From positions 3,630,001-3,662,000 of the forward strand of contig LT962688.1 in assembly GCA_900234795.1 (NCBI GenBank): a DNA stretch of 32,000 bases, written 5' to 3'. The notes below the pieces were generated by a model that did not search any database, was not told the DNA's origin, and was given only the letters and a program-made list of their open reading frames with translations. This DNA is from Methylorubrum extorquens. GTDB lineage: Bacteria > Pseudomonadota > Alphaproteobacteria > Rhizobiales > Beijerinckiaceae. The position numbers and the translations under genes were made by a program. Position 1 is the stretch's first letter; every line of letters starts with the position of its first letter. Positions 8,109 through 16,704 of this stretch are shown here, piece by piece.

Positions 8109-8159
8109 GAGCATCGGCCTTGTGCCGAAAACCGGTCTCCATCGTTCGGGCCGATGCTC
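8109..8159 (+). promoter_or_regulatory. Long leader hairpin immediately upstream of the CapD/WbpM-like gene
   Basis: Perfect 11-bp inverted repeat: gagcatcggcc (8109..8119) and ggccgatgctc (8149..8159). It encloses a 29-nt region with a further ccga/ttcg pairing. It ends 14 nt before the ATG at 8174. No T-run follows, so it is not a canonical terminator. Confidence 0.4.
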
Positions 8160-8173
8160 TGACACGAAGCACC

Positions 8174-10147
8174 ATGCAGAAGCGCACCCTCAAGACGGCG
8201 GTGATGGTCGTCCACGATCTCGCCGCGACCGCGGCGGCCGTGGTGCTGACCTTCGTCTTCCGCTTTCAGGACGGGGCCCTGGCCGAGCGCCTGCACGCGC
8301 TGCCGCTGCTGCTGCCGCCGTTCCTGGCCTATGCCGGGCTGATCTACGCGTGGTTCCGGCTCTACCGCACCAAGTGGCGCTTCGCCTCGCTGCCCGACCT
8401 CGCCGGCATCGTGCGCGCCGCGAGCGTCACCGCGCTGACGCTGCTCGTGCTCGACTACGTGCTGGTCTCCTCGAACCTCTACGGGTTCTACTTCTTCGGC
8501 AAGGTCGCCATCGTCCTCTACTGGGTCTTGCAGATCTTCCTGCTCGGGGGGCCGCGGCTGGCCTTCCGCTACCTGAAATACGCCCGCTCCCGGCAGAGTC
8601 AGGCCCGCACCGCCACGACTCCGACGCTGCTGCTGGGCCGCGGCGCCGATATCGAGATCGTGCTGCGGGCAATCGAATCCGGCTCGGTCAAACGGCTCTC
8701 CCCGAAGGGCATCCTCTCGCCGCGGGCGGACGAGGCGGGTCAGATGATGCGCGGCGTGCCCGTGCTCGGCGGGTTTCGCGACCTCGAACAGGTGGTCGCG
8801 GACCTCGCCAACCGTGGCCTGCCGGTGCGTCGGCTCGTGGCGACGCCGAGCGCGCTGGCGCCCGAGTCCGAGCCCGACGATCTCATCGCCCGCGCCCGCC
8901 GTCTCGGCCTGCCGCTTGCCCGCGTCACCAGCCTCGGCGAGGGGATGCGCGATGCCGAACTCGCGCCGCTGGAGATCGAGGATCTGCTCCTGCGCCCCAC
9001 CGTCGCCATCGACCGGCCGCGGCTCGAGCGCTTCCTCACCGGCGCCCGCGTCGTCGTCACAGGCGGCGGCGGCTCGATCGGCGCCGAGATCTGCGCCCGG
9101 GCGGTCGCCTTCGGCGCCTCGGCGCTGCTCGTCATCGAGAACTCGGAGCCGGCACTGCATGCCGTCCTCAACGGGCCGGCCCTGCTCCACGCCGAGGCCG
9201 CGGTCGAGGGGGCGCTCGCCGACATCCGCGACCGCGAGCGGCTGCACGCGATCCTCCGCGATTTCCGGCCCACTTACGTCTTCCACGCTGCCGCGCTGAA
9301 GCAGGTGCCCTATCTCGAGCGCGACTGGGCCGAGGGCATCAAGACCAACGTGTTCGGCTCGATCAACGTGGCCGAGGCGACGGTGGCCGCGGGCGCCCGC
9401 GCCCTGGTGATGATCTCCACCGACAAGGCGATCGAACCGGTCTCGCAGCTCGGCGTCACCAAGCGCTTCGCCGAGATGGTGGCCCAATCCCTCGACGCGG
9501 AGCGCTCCGGCCCCGAGGCGACCCGGCTCATCGCCGTGCGCTTCGGCAACGTGCTGGGCTCGGCCGGCTCGGTGGTGCCGGTGTTCAAGGCGCAGATCGC
9601 CCGCGGCGGGCCGGTCACGGTGACCCATGCCGAGATGGTGCGCTACTTCATGACCGTGCGCGAGGCCTCGGACCTCGTGCTCACCGCCGCCTCCCACGCC
9701 GACGCGGAAGGGCGCGGCGATACCGGCGACCAGCGCGCGGCGGTCTACGTGCTGAAGATGGGCCAGCCCGTACGCATCCGGGATCTGGCCGAGCGGATGA
9801 TCCGCCTCGCGGGCTTCGAGCCCGGCGAGGACATCGAGATTCAGGTGACCGGCGCACGGCCGGGCGAGCGGCTCAACGAGATCCTGTTTGCCAAGGAAGA
9901 GCCGCGCGTGACGCTCGCCGGCATCGAAGGCGTCATGGCGGCCAAGCCCGTCTTCGCCGACCGCGCGGTGCTGGAAGGATGGATTCTTCGCCTGCGCGAG
10001 GCCGTCACGGCGGGCGACCGGGCGGCGGCGGAGGCCGTGTTCGAGGAGGCGATCCCGGATTTCCGCAATCGCGCCGGGGCCGTTCCGAACACCAAGCCCG
10101 AGACCATCGCGCCGCCGGCGGCAGCCACCGAAGCGGCGACCGCCTGA
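8174..10147 (+). CDS. Membrane-anchored nucleotide-sugar 4,6-dehydratase, CapD/WbpM/FlaA1 family (polysaccharide biosynthesis protein)
   Basis: The track ORF starts at 8033. I prefer the ATG at 8174 (MQKRTLKTAVMVVHDLAATAAAVVLTF), giving 657 aa. It has N-terminal TM helices, then VVVTGGGGSIGAEI (Rossmann), FHAAALKQVP, ISTDKA and MVRYFMT. These are the typical CapD-family blocks. Confidence 0.9.
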   Translation: MQKRTLKTAVMVVHDLAATAAAVVLTFVFRFQDGALAERLHALPLLLPPFLAYAGLIYAWFRLYRTKWRFASLPDLAGIVRAASVTALTLLVLDYVLVSSNLYGFYFFGKVAIVLYWVLQIFLLGGPRLAFRYLKYARSRQSQARTATTPTLLLGRGADIEIVLRAIESGSVKRLSPKGILSPRADEAGQMMRGVPVLGGFRDLEQVVADLANRGLPVRRLVATPSALAPESEPDDLIARARRLGLPLARVTSLGEGMRDAELAPLEIEDLLLRPTVAIDRPRLERFLTGARVVVTGGGGSIGAEICARAVAFGASALLVIENSEPALHAVLNGPALLHAEAAVEGALADIRDRERLHAILRDFRPTYVFHAAALKQVPYLERDWAEGIKTNVFGSINVAEATVAAGARALVMISTDKAIEPVSQLGVTKRFAEMVAQSLDAERSGPEATRLIAVRFGNVLGSAGSVVPVFKAQIARGGPVTVTHAEMVRYFMTVREASDLVLTAASHADAEGRGDTGDQRAAVYVLKMGQPVRIRDLAERMIRLAGFEPGEDIEIQVTGARPGERLNEILFAKEEPRVTLAGIEGVMAAKPVFADRAVLEGWILRLREAVTAGDRAAAEAVFEEAIPDFRNRAGAVPNTKPETIAPPAAATEAATA

Positions 10148-10166
10148 GGCCTCGATTCCTCGAAGC

Positions 10167-10577
10167 TCAAGCCCCTTCGCCGCCGCCGCGGCGGTCGAAG
10201 CGGGCGCGGGCCTCCTGAATCTCCGGCAGATGGGCGAAGGCCCAGGCGCCGAGCGCCTGGATCGGCTCCCGCAGCGAGCGCCCGAGTTCGGTCAGCTCGT
10301 AATCGACCCGCGGCGGGATCGTCGGGAAGATCGTGCGCGTCACGAGGCCGTCCCGCTCCAGCCCGCGCAGGGTGAAGGTGAGCATCCGCTGCGAGATGCC
10401 GCCGATCATCCGCTTCAGCTCGTTGAAGCGCCGCGGACCGTCGCCCAGCATCATGACGACGAGGACACTCCACTTGTCGCCGATCCGCGCGAGCACCGTG
10501 CCGACGAGGCGGCAATCCTGCCCGGAATGCTCGGGCCGCGGCGGTGCGTCGGTTCCCTCGATGTGCCCGGGTTCCAA
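10167..10577 (-). CDS. HxlR family transcriptional regulator
   Basis: Contains IGDKWSVLVVMMLGDGPRRFNELKRMIGGISQRMLTFTLRGLERDGLVTRTIFPTIPPRVDYELTELG, the full HxlR winged-helix signature. The TTG start at 10577 is preceded by AAGGAGG with 7 nt spacing. Confidence 0.9.
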   Translation of the reverse strand: MEPGHIEGTDAPPRPEHSGQDCRLVGTVLARIGDKWSVLVVMMLGDGPRRFNELKRMIGGISQRMLTFTLRGLERDGLVTRTIFPTIPPRVDYELTELGRSLREPIQALGAWAFAHLPEIQEARARFDRRGGGEGA

Positions 10578-10621
10578 GAATGTGCCTCCTTGCGCGCGGC
10601 TGACGGTGGTTATCTATAGCG

Positions 10622-10646
10622 CCTCGGTTCATTTCTGATACCGAGG
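10622..10646. promoter_or_regulatory. Inverted repeat in the hxlR-azoR divergent region (candidate operator or SD-sequestering hairpin)
   Basis: cctcggt (10622..10628) and accgagg (10640..10646) form a perfect 7-bp IR with an 11-nt AT-rich spacer. The right arm overlaps the azoR SD (GAGGA at 10643..10647), and the ATG is at 10654. Confidence 0.3.
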
Positions 10647-10653
10647 ATCAAAC

Positions 10654-11265
10654 ATGAAGCTCCTTCACGTCGACGGCAGCATCCTGGGGCCGCATTCCGT
10701 CAGCCGGACCGTCTCCGCCGCCATCGTGGACCGCCTGCGGGCGCAGCATCCCGGTCTCGAGGTCATCTACCGCGACCTCGCCGGGACGCCGCTGCCGCAC
10801 CTCTCGGGCGCGGTCCTCGCCGGGGCGCAGCCCAACGCCACGAATACGCCCGACGTGCAGCACGACGTCGAACTCGGCCGGCAGGTGCTGGAGGAGTTTC
10901 TGGCAGCCGACATCGTGGTGATCGGCGCGCCGCTCTATAATTTCACCCTGTCCAGCCAGCTCAAGGCCTGGATCGACCGCATCCTCGTGGCGGGCGTCAC
11001 CTTCCGCTACGGGCCGTCCGGGGCCGAGGGCCTCGCCGGCGGCAAGCGGGTTATTGCCGTCGTCTCGCGCGGCGGCCTCTACGGGCCGGGCACGCCCGCC
11101 GCGGCGGCCGAGCACGCGGAGACCTATCTGCGCACGGTGCTCGCCTTTATCGGCATCACCGCGCCGGAGGTCATCGTCGCCGAGGGCATTGCCCTGGGCC
11201 CGGAGGCCCGCGAGCGGGCTCTGGCCGGCGCCCTCGACGCCGCGGCGGCTCTCAAGGCCGCCTGA
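10654..11265 (+). CDS. azoR: FMN-dependent NADH-azoreductase
   Basis: Contains [37 protein letters not shown] and VSRGGLYG, which are canonical AzoR/flavodoxin-like blocks. Divergent from an HxlR regulator. Confidence 0.9.
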   Translation: MKLLHVDGSILGPHSVSRTVSAAIVDRLRAQHPGLEVIYRDLAGTPLPHLSGAVLAGAQPNATNTPDVQHDVELGRQVLEEFLAADIVVIGAPLYNFTLSSQLKAWIDRILVAGVTFRYGPSGAEGLAGGKRVIAVVSRGGLYGPGTPAAAAEHAETYLRTVLAFIGITAPEVIVAEGIALGPEARERALAGALDAAAALKAA

Positions 11266-11269
11266 GCCC

Positions 11270-12193
11270 TCAACCGCCCGCCCGTGCCAGCGCCGCGAGC
11301 CCGTCCCGCGACGCTTGCGCCGGCCGCCAGCCCAGGGCCTCCAAGCCCTCGGCGCGGGCGACGAGCGAGCCGGACAGCCGGTCGAAGGCGGCCTCGCGGC
11401 CGGTGGCACGGCAGGCGAGGCCGATCAGCGGCACCGGGCAGGGCAGCAGGCCGGGCCCGCGGCCGAGTCCGGCACGGAGCGCGGCGAGCATCTCGGGCAG
11501 CGTCAGCGGGTCGGGATCGGCCACCACCAGCGGACGCCGCAGGGGGCCGGGTGCCTCCAGCGCCGTCGCCACCGCCCCCGCAAGGCTCTCGACCGAGACC
11601 AGCGAGCGGCGCCCGGCCAGGCTCGCGAGCGGCAGCGGATAGGGTGTGCGGGCGAGCTTGAGCAGGGCCGCCATGTTGCCCTTCACGCCGGCCCCGTAGA
11701 CGAGCACCGGGCGCAGGGCGACCCAGTCGAGCCCGGTCTCGGCCAGGGCCTCTTCGGCGGCGAGCTTGGAACGGCCGTAAGGATCGGTCGGCTCGGGCAC
11801 GTCCGCCTCGGAGAGGGGCGCCGGGGCGCTCGAACCGGCCTGAGCCCGGATCGAGGAGAGGAACACGAAGCGGCCCACCCGCGCCCGCTGCGCGGCGTCG
11901 GCGAGCTTGCGCGTCGCCTCGGTGTTGGAGTTGCGAAAATCGTCCTCGGGTGCGCCGGACATGGCGTGGGCGAGCCCGGCGGAATGCACCACCGCATCGA
12001 CCCCGGTGAGCGCGGCGGCCATGTTCATCGGCCGCGCCAGATCGCCGACCACCGCGCCGCTGGCGCCCTCCGGCACCTCGACGGGACGCCGCAGCAGCAC
12101 GCGGACCCGGTAGCCCCGCTCCGAGAGCGCCCGCAGCAGGTGGCGTCCGATGAAGCCGGTGGCTCCCGTCAACGCGATCAGCTTTCCGCTCAC
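11270..12193 (-). CDS. NAD-dependent epimerase/dehydratase family SDR (WbpV/WreQ-like sugar 4-keto reductase or epimerase)
   Basis: Contains LTGATGFIGRHL (Rossmann), the catalytic YxxxK in PYGRSKLAAE, and an upstream Ser in FLSS. 307 aa. It lies 11 nt downstream of the GT4 gene on the same strand. Confidence 0.88.
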   Translation of the reverse strand: MSGKLIALTGATGFIGRHLLRALSERGYRVRVLLRRPVEVPEGASGAVVGDLARPMNMAAALTGVDAVVHSAGLAHAMSGAPEDDFRNSNTEATRKLADAAQRARVGRFVFLSSIRAQAGSSAPAPLSEADVPEPTDPYGRSKLAAEEALAETGLDWVALRPVLVYGAGVKGNMAALLKLARTPYPLPLASLAGRRSLVSVESLAGAVATALEAPGPLRRPLVVADPDPLTLPEMLAALRAGLGRGPGLLPCPVPLIGLACRATGREAAFDRLSGSLVARAEGLEALGWRPAQASRDGLAALARAGG

Positions 12194-12204
12194 CCGTCAT
12201 CCCC

Positions 12205-13224
12205 TCACGCGCTGGCGGCCCGCGGCGTCGCGAACCGGCGCAGCAGCCACCCGACCAGCCCCGCCGCGAGGACGAGGCAGACGAGCGTGACGGCCCGAGA
12301 CGGCCAAAGCAAGGTCACGCCCGCCAGCGCGGCCAGCGCGACCTGTAGGGCAAAGACCCAGCCGACGGTCTCCCGTACGGAGAACCCGTTGACGGTGGCG
12401 ACCTGATAATAGTGGCTGCGATGGGCCTGCCAGACGGCCTCACCCCGCCGCAGGCGCCACAGCAGGGTGAGCGTCGCATCGGCGATGGGATAGAGCGGCA
12501 GGATCAGCGCGGCGGCCAAACCTCCTTCCAATCCGCCCTGCCCCGCGAGGCGGAACAGCAGCCACGCCACGATCAGCCCGATCGGCAGCGAGCCGACATC
12601 GCCCATGAACAGCCGTGCCACCGGCCGGTTGAACGGTGCGAAGCCGAGAAACCCGCCGAGCAGGGCGCCGGCGACCAGCGTCGGCTCGGGTGCGTAGCGG
12701 CCCGCGAGGCCGAGGGCGAACAGGAAGGCGGTGGGCGGCACGAACTCGGCCAGCGTCATCCAGTCGAGCCCGTCCATGAAGTTGACGAGGTTCACGAACC
12801 AGAGCCCGGCGAGGATCGCGAAGGACCGCTCCAGCCAGAGCGGGGCGCCCGGCAGCAGACGGCCCTCGACGGTGAGCACGACGGCGGCGACCGCGCCGGC
12901 CTGGATCACGAGCCGGAGCGAGGCCGGCAAGGGCCGGATGTCGTCGACGGCACCGACCACGGCGAGGGCGATCACCGAGAGCGCCAGCACCGGCAGCTCG
13001 ACGCCCCCGAGCGCGATCCCAATCTGTACCGCTAGGGTGACCGCCGTGATCAGCGCGGCGGCGATGATCGCGATCCCGCCGCCCTGGGGCGTCGGCACCC
13101 GGTGGCTGGAGCGGGCATTGGGCCGTGCGAGGGCGTAGCGCTGCAGCAGCGGCTTCAGCAGCACGATGAGCCCGGCGGAGAGGAGCGCCGCCAGCGGGAC
13201 GACGAGGAGCGGGGCGAGGGTCAT
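12205..13224 (-). CDS. Glycosyltransferase family 4, MraY/WecA/WbpL-like polyprenyl-phosphate HexNAc-1-phosphate transferase
   Basis: The track ORF extends to 13314 through the REP-like repeat. I prefer the ATG at 13224 (MTLAPLLVVPLAALL...), giving 339 aa. It is a polytopic membrane protein with GAVDDIRPL, NLVNFMDGLDW and MGDVGS motifs. Confidence 0.88.
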   Translation of the reverse strand: MTLAPLLVVPLAALLSAGLIVLLKPLLQRYALARPNARSSHRVPTPQGGGIAIIAAALITAVTLAVQIGIALGGVELPVLALSVIALAVVGAVDDIRPLPASLRLVIQAGAVAAVVLTVEGRLLPGAPLWLERSFAILAGLWFVNLVNFMDGLDWMTLAEFVPPTAFLFALGLAGRYAPEPTLVAGALLGGFLGFAPFNRPVARLFMGDVGSLPIGLIVAWLLFRLAGQGGLEGGLAAALILPLYPIADATLTLLWRLRRGEAVWQAHRSHYYQVATVNGFSVRETVGWVFALQVALAALAGVTLLWPSRAVTLVCLVLAAGLVGWLLRRFATPRAASA

Positions 13225-13249
13225 CGGGTCGCAAGACGGGGCGCAGCAG

Positions 13250-13402
13250 CCCTCCCCCCTCTGCGGGGGAGGGTGGCCCCGGAAGGGGGGCGGGTGAGGG
13301 GAACGCGGTGCCAATCGGGTCGAGGCCAGCCGGACATGTCACCGCCGCGCCGCCCCTCACCCGCCTGCTCCGCAGGCACCCTCCCCCGCAGAGGGGGGAG
13401 GG
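13250..13402. repeat. Composite REP/BIME-like palindromic intergenic element (two inverted copies)
   Basis: Hairpin A at 13250..13273 is ccctccccc-ctctgc-gggggaggg. Hairpin B at 13379..13402 is ccctccccc-gcagag-gggggaggg, the exact reverse complement of A. The inner flanks are also an imperfect inverted pair (ggcgggtgagggg around 13290..13302 versus cccctcacccgcc around 13353..13365). Confidence 0.75.
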
Positions 13403-13653
13403 TTTTGAAACGGCATCGTCCGATCCTTCGCATGGTCACCGCTCTACCCGCCCGCATCGGTCCAAGCGAGGCCGCTACAGCCGATCCCAACTTGTTTTGG
13501 CCGCAAAGCCACGCGATCCGCGTCCCACGGTCCGCCGAAAGAGCGGTGGGTGGGCCGCGCGTCCCGGCCGGCTTGCCTTGCGGGGGCCGGAAGCCGCCGA
13601 TACGACTTGGCCGCTCGCCCCCACCGCTCAAGCCGGTTGTCAAGAATCGCCCG

Positions 13654-16584
13654 TTGCGCACGCTTTCATTGGCCCTTGCCCTGGCCCTCGCGATCCTGGC
13701 CGCCGTGGCGGGCTCCCTCGCCGGCCTCATCGGGACCGCCGCCCCCGCCCACGCGGTCGAGGCCGTGCGCGTCACCCTCGACGCGCCCGCCATCGACCTG
13801 ACGCCGACGATCGAGCGCTACCGCTCGGACGGCGACCTGATCCAGATCTCCACCGCCCCGGGCAAGGACGGCATCGTGCGGCGCATCGCGGTCAAGGCGC
13901 GCGAGGCGGGCGTGCGGCCGGACTGGATGGTGTTCGCGCTCACCAACGACACCGACGAGCAGATCGACCGCCTGTTGGTCGCCCCGCATTTCCGCCTCGT
14001 CGGCTCCGGGGTGATCTGGCCCGATCTCGGCGGCTCGCGCATCGCCGCGATCACCGCGAGCGAGGGCATCCGGCCCGAGCGCGACGAGAGCCTCGACGCC
14101 GACCAGTTCCTGATCACCATCGATCCCGGCACCACGGTCACCTACGTGGCGGAGCTGAAAGGCCCGAACATCCCGCAGGTCTACCTCTGGGATCAGGACG
14201 CCTACCGCAAGAAGACCTCGGGGCTGACGCTCTACAAGGGCATCATCATCGGCATTGCCGGGCTCTTGGCGCTGTTCCTCACCATCATCTTCGTGGTGAA
14301 GGGCGCGATCATCTTCCCCGCCGCCGCCGCGCTCTCTTGGGCGGTGCTGGCCTATGCCTGCATCGATTTCGGCTTCCTGCAACGGGTGTTTCCCGTCACC
14401 GAACTCGCCGAGCGGATCTACCGTGCCTCGGCCGAGGCCGTGCTCGGCGCGACCCTGCTGGTGTTCCTGTTCGCCTACCTGAACCTGTCGCGCTGGCACG
14501 TGCGCTACAGCCACGTCGCCTTCTTCTGGCTGACCTTCCTCGCCGGCCTCGTGGCGCTGGCGGTGTTCGACCCGCCCGTGGCGGCGGGCGTGGCGCGCAT
14601 CTCCATCGCCGCGGTGGCCGGCGTCGGGCTCCTGCTGATCCTCTATCTCGCCGTCCATAACGGCTACGACCGCGCCATCCTGCTGGTGCCGACCTGGCTG
14701 CTGCTGCTGGTCTGGGTGGTGGCGGCGGGCTTTGCCATCACCGGGCAGATCGGCTCCGACCTCGTGCAGCCGGCGCTCATCGGCGGCCTCGTGCTCATCG
14801 TCATGCTGATCGGCTTCACGGTGATGCAGCACGCCTTTGCCGGCGGCGGCCTCAGCCACAGCCTCGTCTCGGACACCGAGCGCCGGGCGCTGGCACTGAC
14901 CGGCGCGGGCGACATCGTGTTCGACTGGGACGTGCCGGGCGACCGTGTCTTCGCCGGCCCCGAGATCGAGGCCCAACTTGGGCTCAAGCGCGGCGCCCTC
15001 GAAGGACCGGCGGCGAACTGGCTCGGCCTGCTCCATCCCTTCGACGTGGAGCGCTACTCGGCGGCCCTCGACACCGTGATCGAGGAGCGGCGCGGGCGCA
15101 TCACCCACGATTTCCGCCTCCGCTCGGCCGATGGCCCCTACGCGTGGTACCGGCTGAAGGCGCGCCCGGTGATCGGCACCGATGGCGAGGTGATCCGCAT
15201 CGTCGGCACCATCAGCGACGTGACCGAGGCGAAGACCGCCGAGGAGCGGCTGCTGCACGACGCCGTGCACGACAGCCTCACCGGCCTGCCGAACCGCGAG
15301 CTGTTCCACGACCGGCTGGAGGCCGCGCTGGCGATGGCGAGCCAGGACCCGCGCCTCAAGCCCGCGGTGATCGCCCTCGACATCGACCGGTTCAAAGCGA
15401 TCAACGACGCCATCGGCCTCTCGGCGGGCGACTCGATCCTGCTGACGCTGTCGCGCCGGCTCGGGCGGCTGCTGCGGCCGCAGGACACGCTCGCGCGGGT
15501 CGCGGGCGACGAATTTGCGGTGATCCTGCTCTCGGAGCGGGAGCCCGACCGCATCCTCTCGTTCGCCGAGATGATCCGGCGCGCCATCGCCACCCCGGTC
15601 ACCTATGCCGACCGCGAGGTGTTCCTCACCGTCTCGATCGGCATCGCCTTGCACGAGGCGACGCAGGGCGTGGGCAACCAGGGCAGCGGGCAGACGCGGC
15701 GCGAGGAGGTGTTCAAGAACGCCGAGATGGCGATGATCCAGGCCAAGCGCGGCGGCGGCGACCGGATCGAGGTGTTCCGCGCCAACATGCGCCTCGAGCG
15801 CTCCGACCGGCTGATGCTAGAGGCGGATCTGCGCAAGGCGCTGGAGCGCAACGAGATCAAGGTGCTGTTCCAGCCGATCGTCCGGCTCGAAGACCGCACG
15901 GTCGCCGGCTTCGAGACGCTGCTGCGCTGGGACCATCCGAAGCTCGGGCGCATCCCGCCCTCCACCTTCCTGCCGGTGGCGGAGGAGACCGGCGTCATCG
16001 TCCCGCTCGGCAATTTCGCCATCGAGCGCACGGCGCTGGAACTCGCCGCTTGGCAGCGCTCGCTCGACGTCGAACCGCCGATCTTCGCCTCGGTCAACGT
16101 CTCCTCGCGCCAGCTCCTGCGCCACGACCTCCTGCACGACGTGAAGACGGTGATCGCCCGCACCGGCGTGCTGCCCGGCTCGCTCAAGCTGGAGATGGCC
16201 GAGGGGCTGGTGATGGAGAACCCGGAATACGCCGCCCAGATGCTCACCCGCATCCACGATCTCGGCGCCGGCCTCGTCCTCGACGATTTCGGCACCGGCT
16301 ACTCGGCAATCTCCTACCTCCAGCGCTTCCCCTTCGACACGATCAAGATCGACCAGAGCTTCGTGCGCCAGATGGGCCAGGGCCGCACCGCCATGCTGCG
16401 CTCGGTCCTGCGGATGGGGCAGGAACTCGGTCTGGCCACCATCGCCGAGGGCGCCGAGTCGGAGGAGGATGCGCAGGTGTTGCAGGAGTTCGGCTGCGAT
16501 TACGCGCAAGGGGCGGCCTTCGGCGAGCCGATGACCGTGCTCCAGGCGCGCCAGCTCGTCGGCGCCGCGCCCGAAGCGGCCTGA
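13654..16584 (+). CDS. 7TMR-DISM sensor with PAS, GGDEF (AGDEF variant) and EAL (ETL variant) domains; c-di-GMP turnover protein
   Basis: The start is uncertain: TTG at 13654 gives a signal peptide MRTLSLALALALAILAAVAGSLAGLIGTAAPAHA, and the alternative GTG is at 13546. The track start at 13102 is an artefact. The architecture is a periplasmic domain, 7 hydrophobic helices, a PAS region, a GGDEF domain (DSLTGLPNR, RVAGDEFAV) and an EAL domain (FETLLRW, LKLEMAE, DDFGTGYS, IKIDQSF, AEGAESEE, QGAAFGEP). Confidence 0.9.
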   Translation: MRTLSLALALALAILAAVAGSLAGLIGTAAPAHAVEAVRVTLDAPAIDLTPTIERYRSDGDLIQISTAPGKDGIVRRIAVKAREAGVRPDWMVFALTNDTDEQIDRLLVAPHFRLVGSGVIWPDLGGSRIAAITASEGIRPERDESLDADQFLITIDPGTTVTYVAELKGPNIPQVYLWDQDAYRKKTSGLTLYKGIIIGIAGLLALFLTIIFVVKGAIIFPAAAALSWAVLAYACIDFGFLQRVFPVTELAERIYRASAEAVLGATLLVFLFAYLNLSRWHVRYSHVAFFWLTFLAGLVALAVFDPPVAAGVARISIAAVAGVGLLLILYLAVHNGYDRAILLVPTWLLLLVWVVAAGFAITGQIGSDLVQPALIGGLVLIVMLIGFTVMQHAFAGGGLSHSLVSDTERRALALTGAGDIVFDWDVPGDRVFAGPEIEAQLGLKRGALEGPAANWLGLLHPFDVERYSAALDTVIEERRGRITHDFRLRSADGPYAWYRLKARPVIGTDGEVIRIVGTISDVTEAKTAEERLLHDAVHDSLTGLPNRELFHDRLEAALAMASQDPRLKPAVIALDIDRFKAINDAIGLSAGDSILLTLSRRLGRLLRPQDTLARVAGDEFAVILLSEREPDRILSFAEMIRRAIATPVTYADREVFLTVSIGIALHEATQGVGNQGSGQTRREEVFKNAEMAMIQAKRGGGDRIEVFRANMRLERSDRLMLEADLRKALERNEIKVLFQPIVRLEDRTVAGFETLLRWDHPKLGRIPPSTFLPVAEETGVIVPLGNFAIERTALELAAWQRSLDVEPPIFASVNVSSRQLLRHDLLHDVKTVIARTGVLPGSLKLEMAEGLVMENPEYAAQMLTRIHDLGAGLVLDDFGTGYSAISYLQRFPFDTIKIDQSFVRQMGQGRTAMLRSVLRMGQELGLATIAEGAESEEDAQVLQEFGCDYAQGAAFGEPMTVLQARQLVGAAPEAA

Positions 16585-16704
16585 TCCCGCAATGACGCGC
16601 AGGTCTCGCGCTTCGGTTTAAACCTCCCTTAACCATGTTGCGGGAAGGTCCATCCAAGTATCCGGGACGCCTCTTCGGCGGACCCGCCGGGTTGAGGATG
16701 GACG

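Noticed and set aside
6676-10218. ORFs 6676..8193 (-, 505 aa), 7224..8162 (+, 312 aa), 7844..9697 (-, 617 aa) and 8122..10218 (+, 698 aa)
   Set aside because: They are alternative-frame or antisense shadows of the Smr-like, DUF1206 and CapD genes. They are extremely Arg/Pro/Gly-rich, with no domain signatures.
13102-13653. 5' extension of the 1160-aa ORF (track start 13102) and the 13308..14660 / 13666..15654 overlapping ORFs
   Set aside because: The extension runs antisense through the GT4 gene and through the REP-like palindromes (PPLRGRV-type translation). The real protein begins at the signal peptide near 13654. The other ORFs are off-frame or antisense shadows of the GGDEF-EAL gene.
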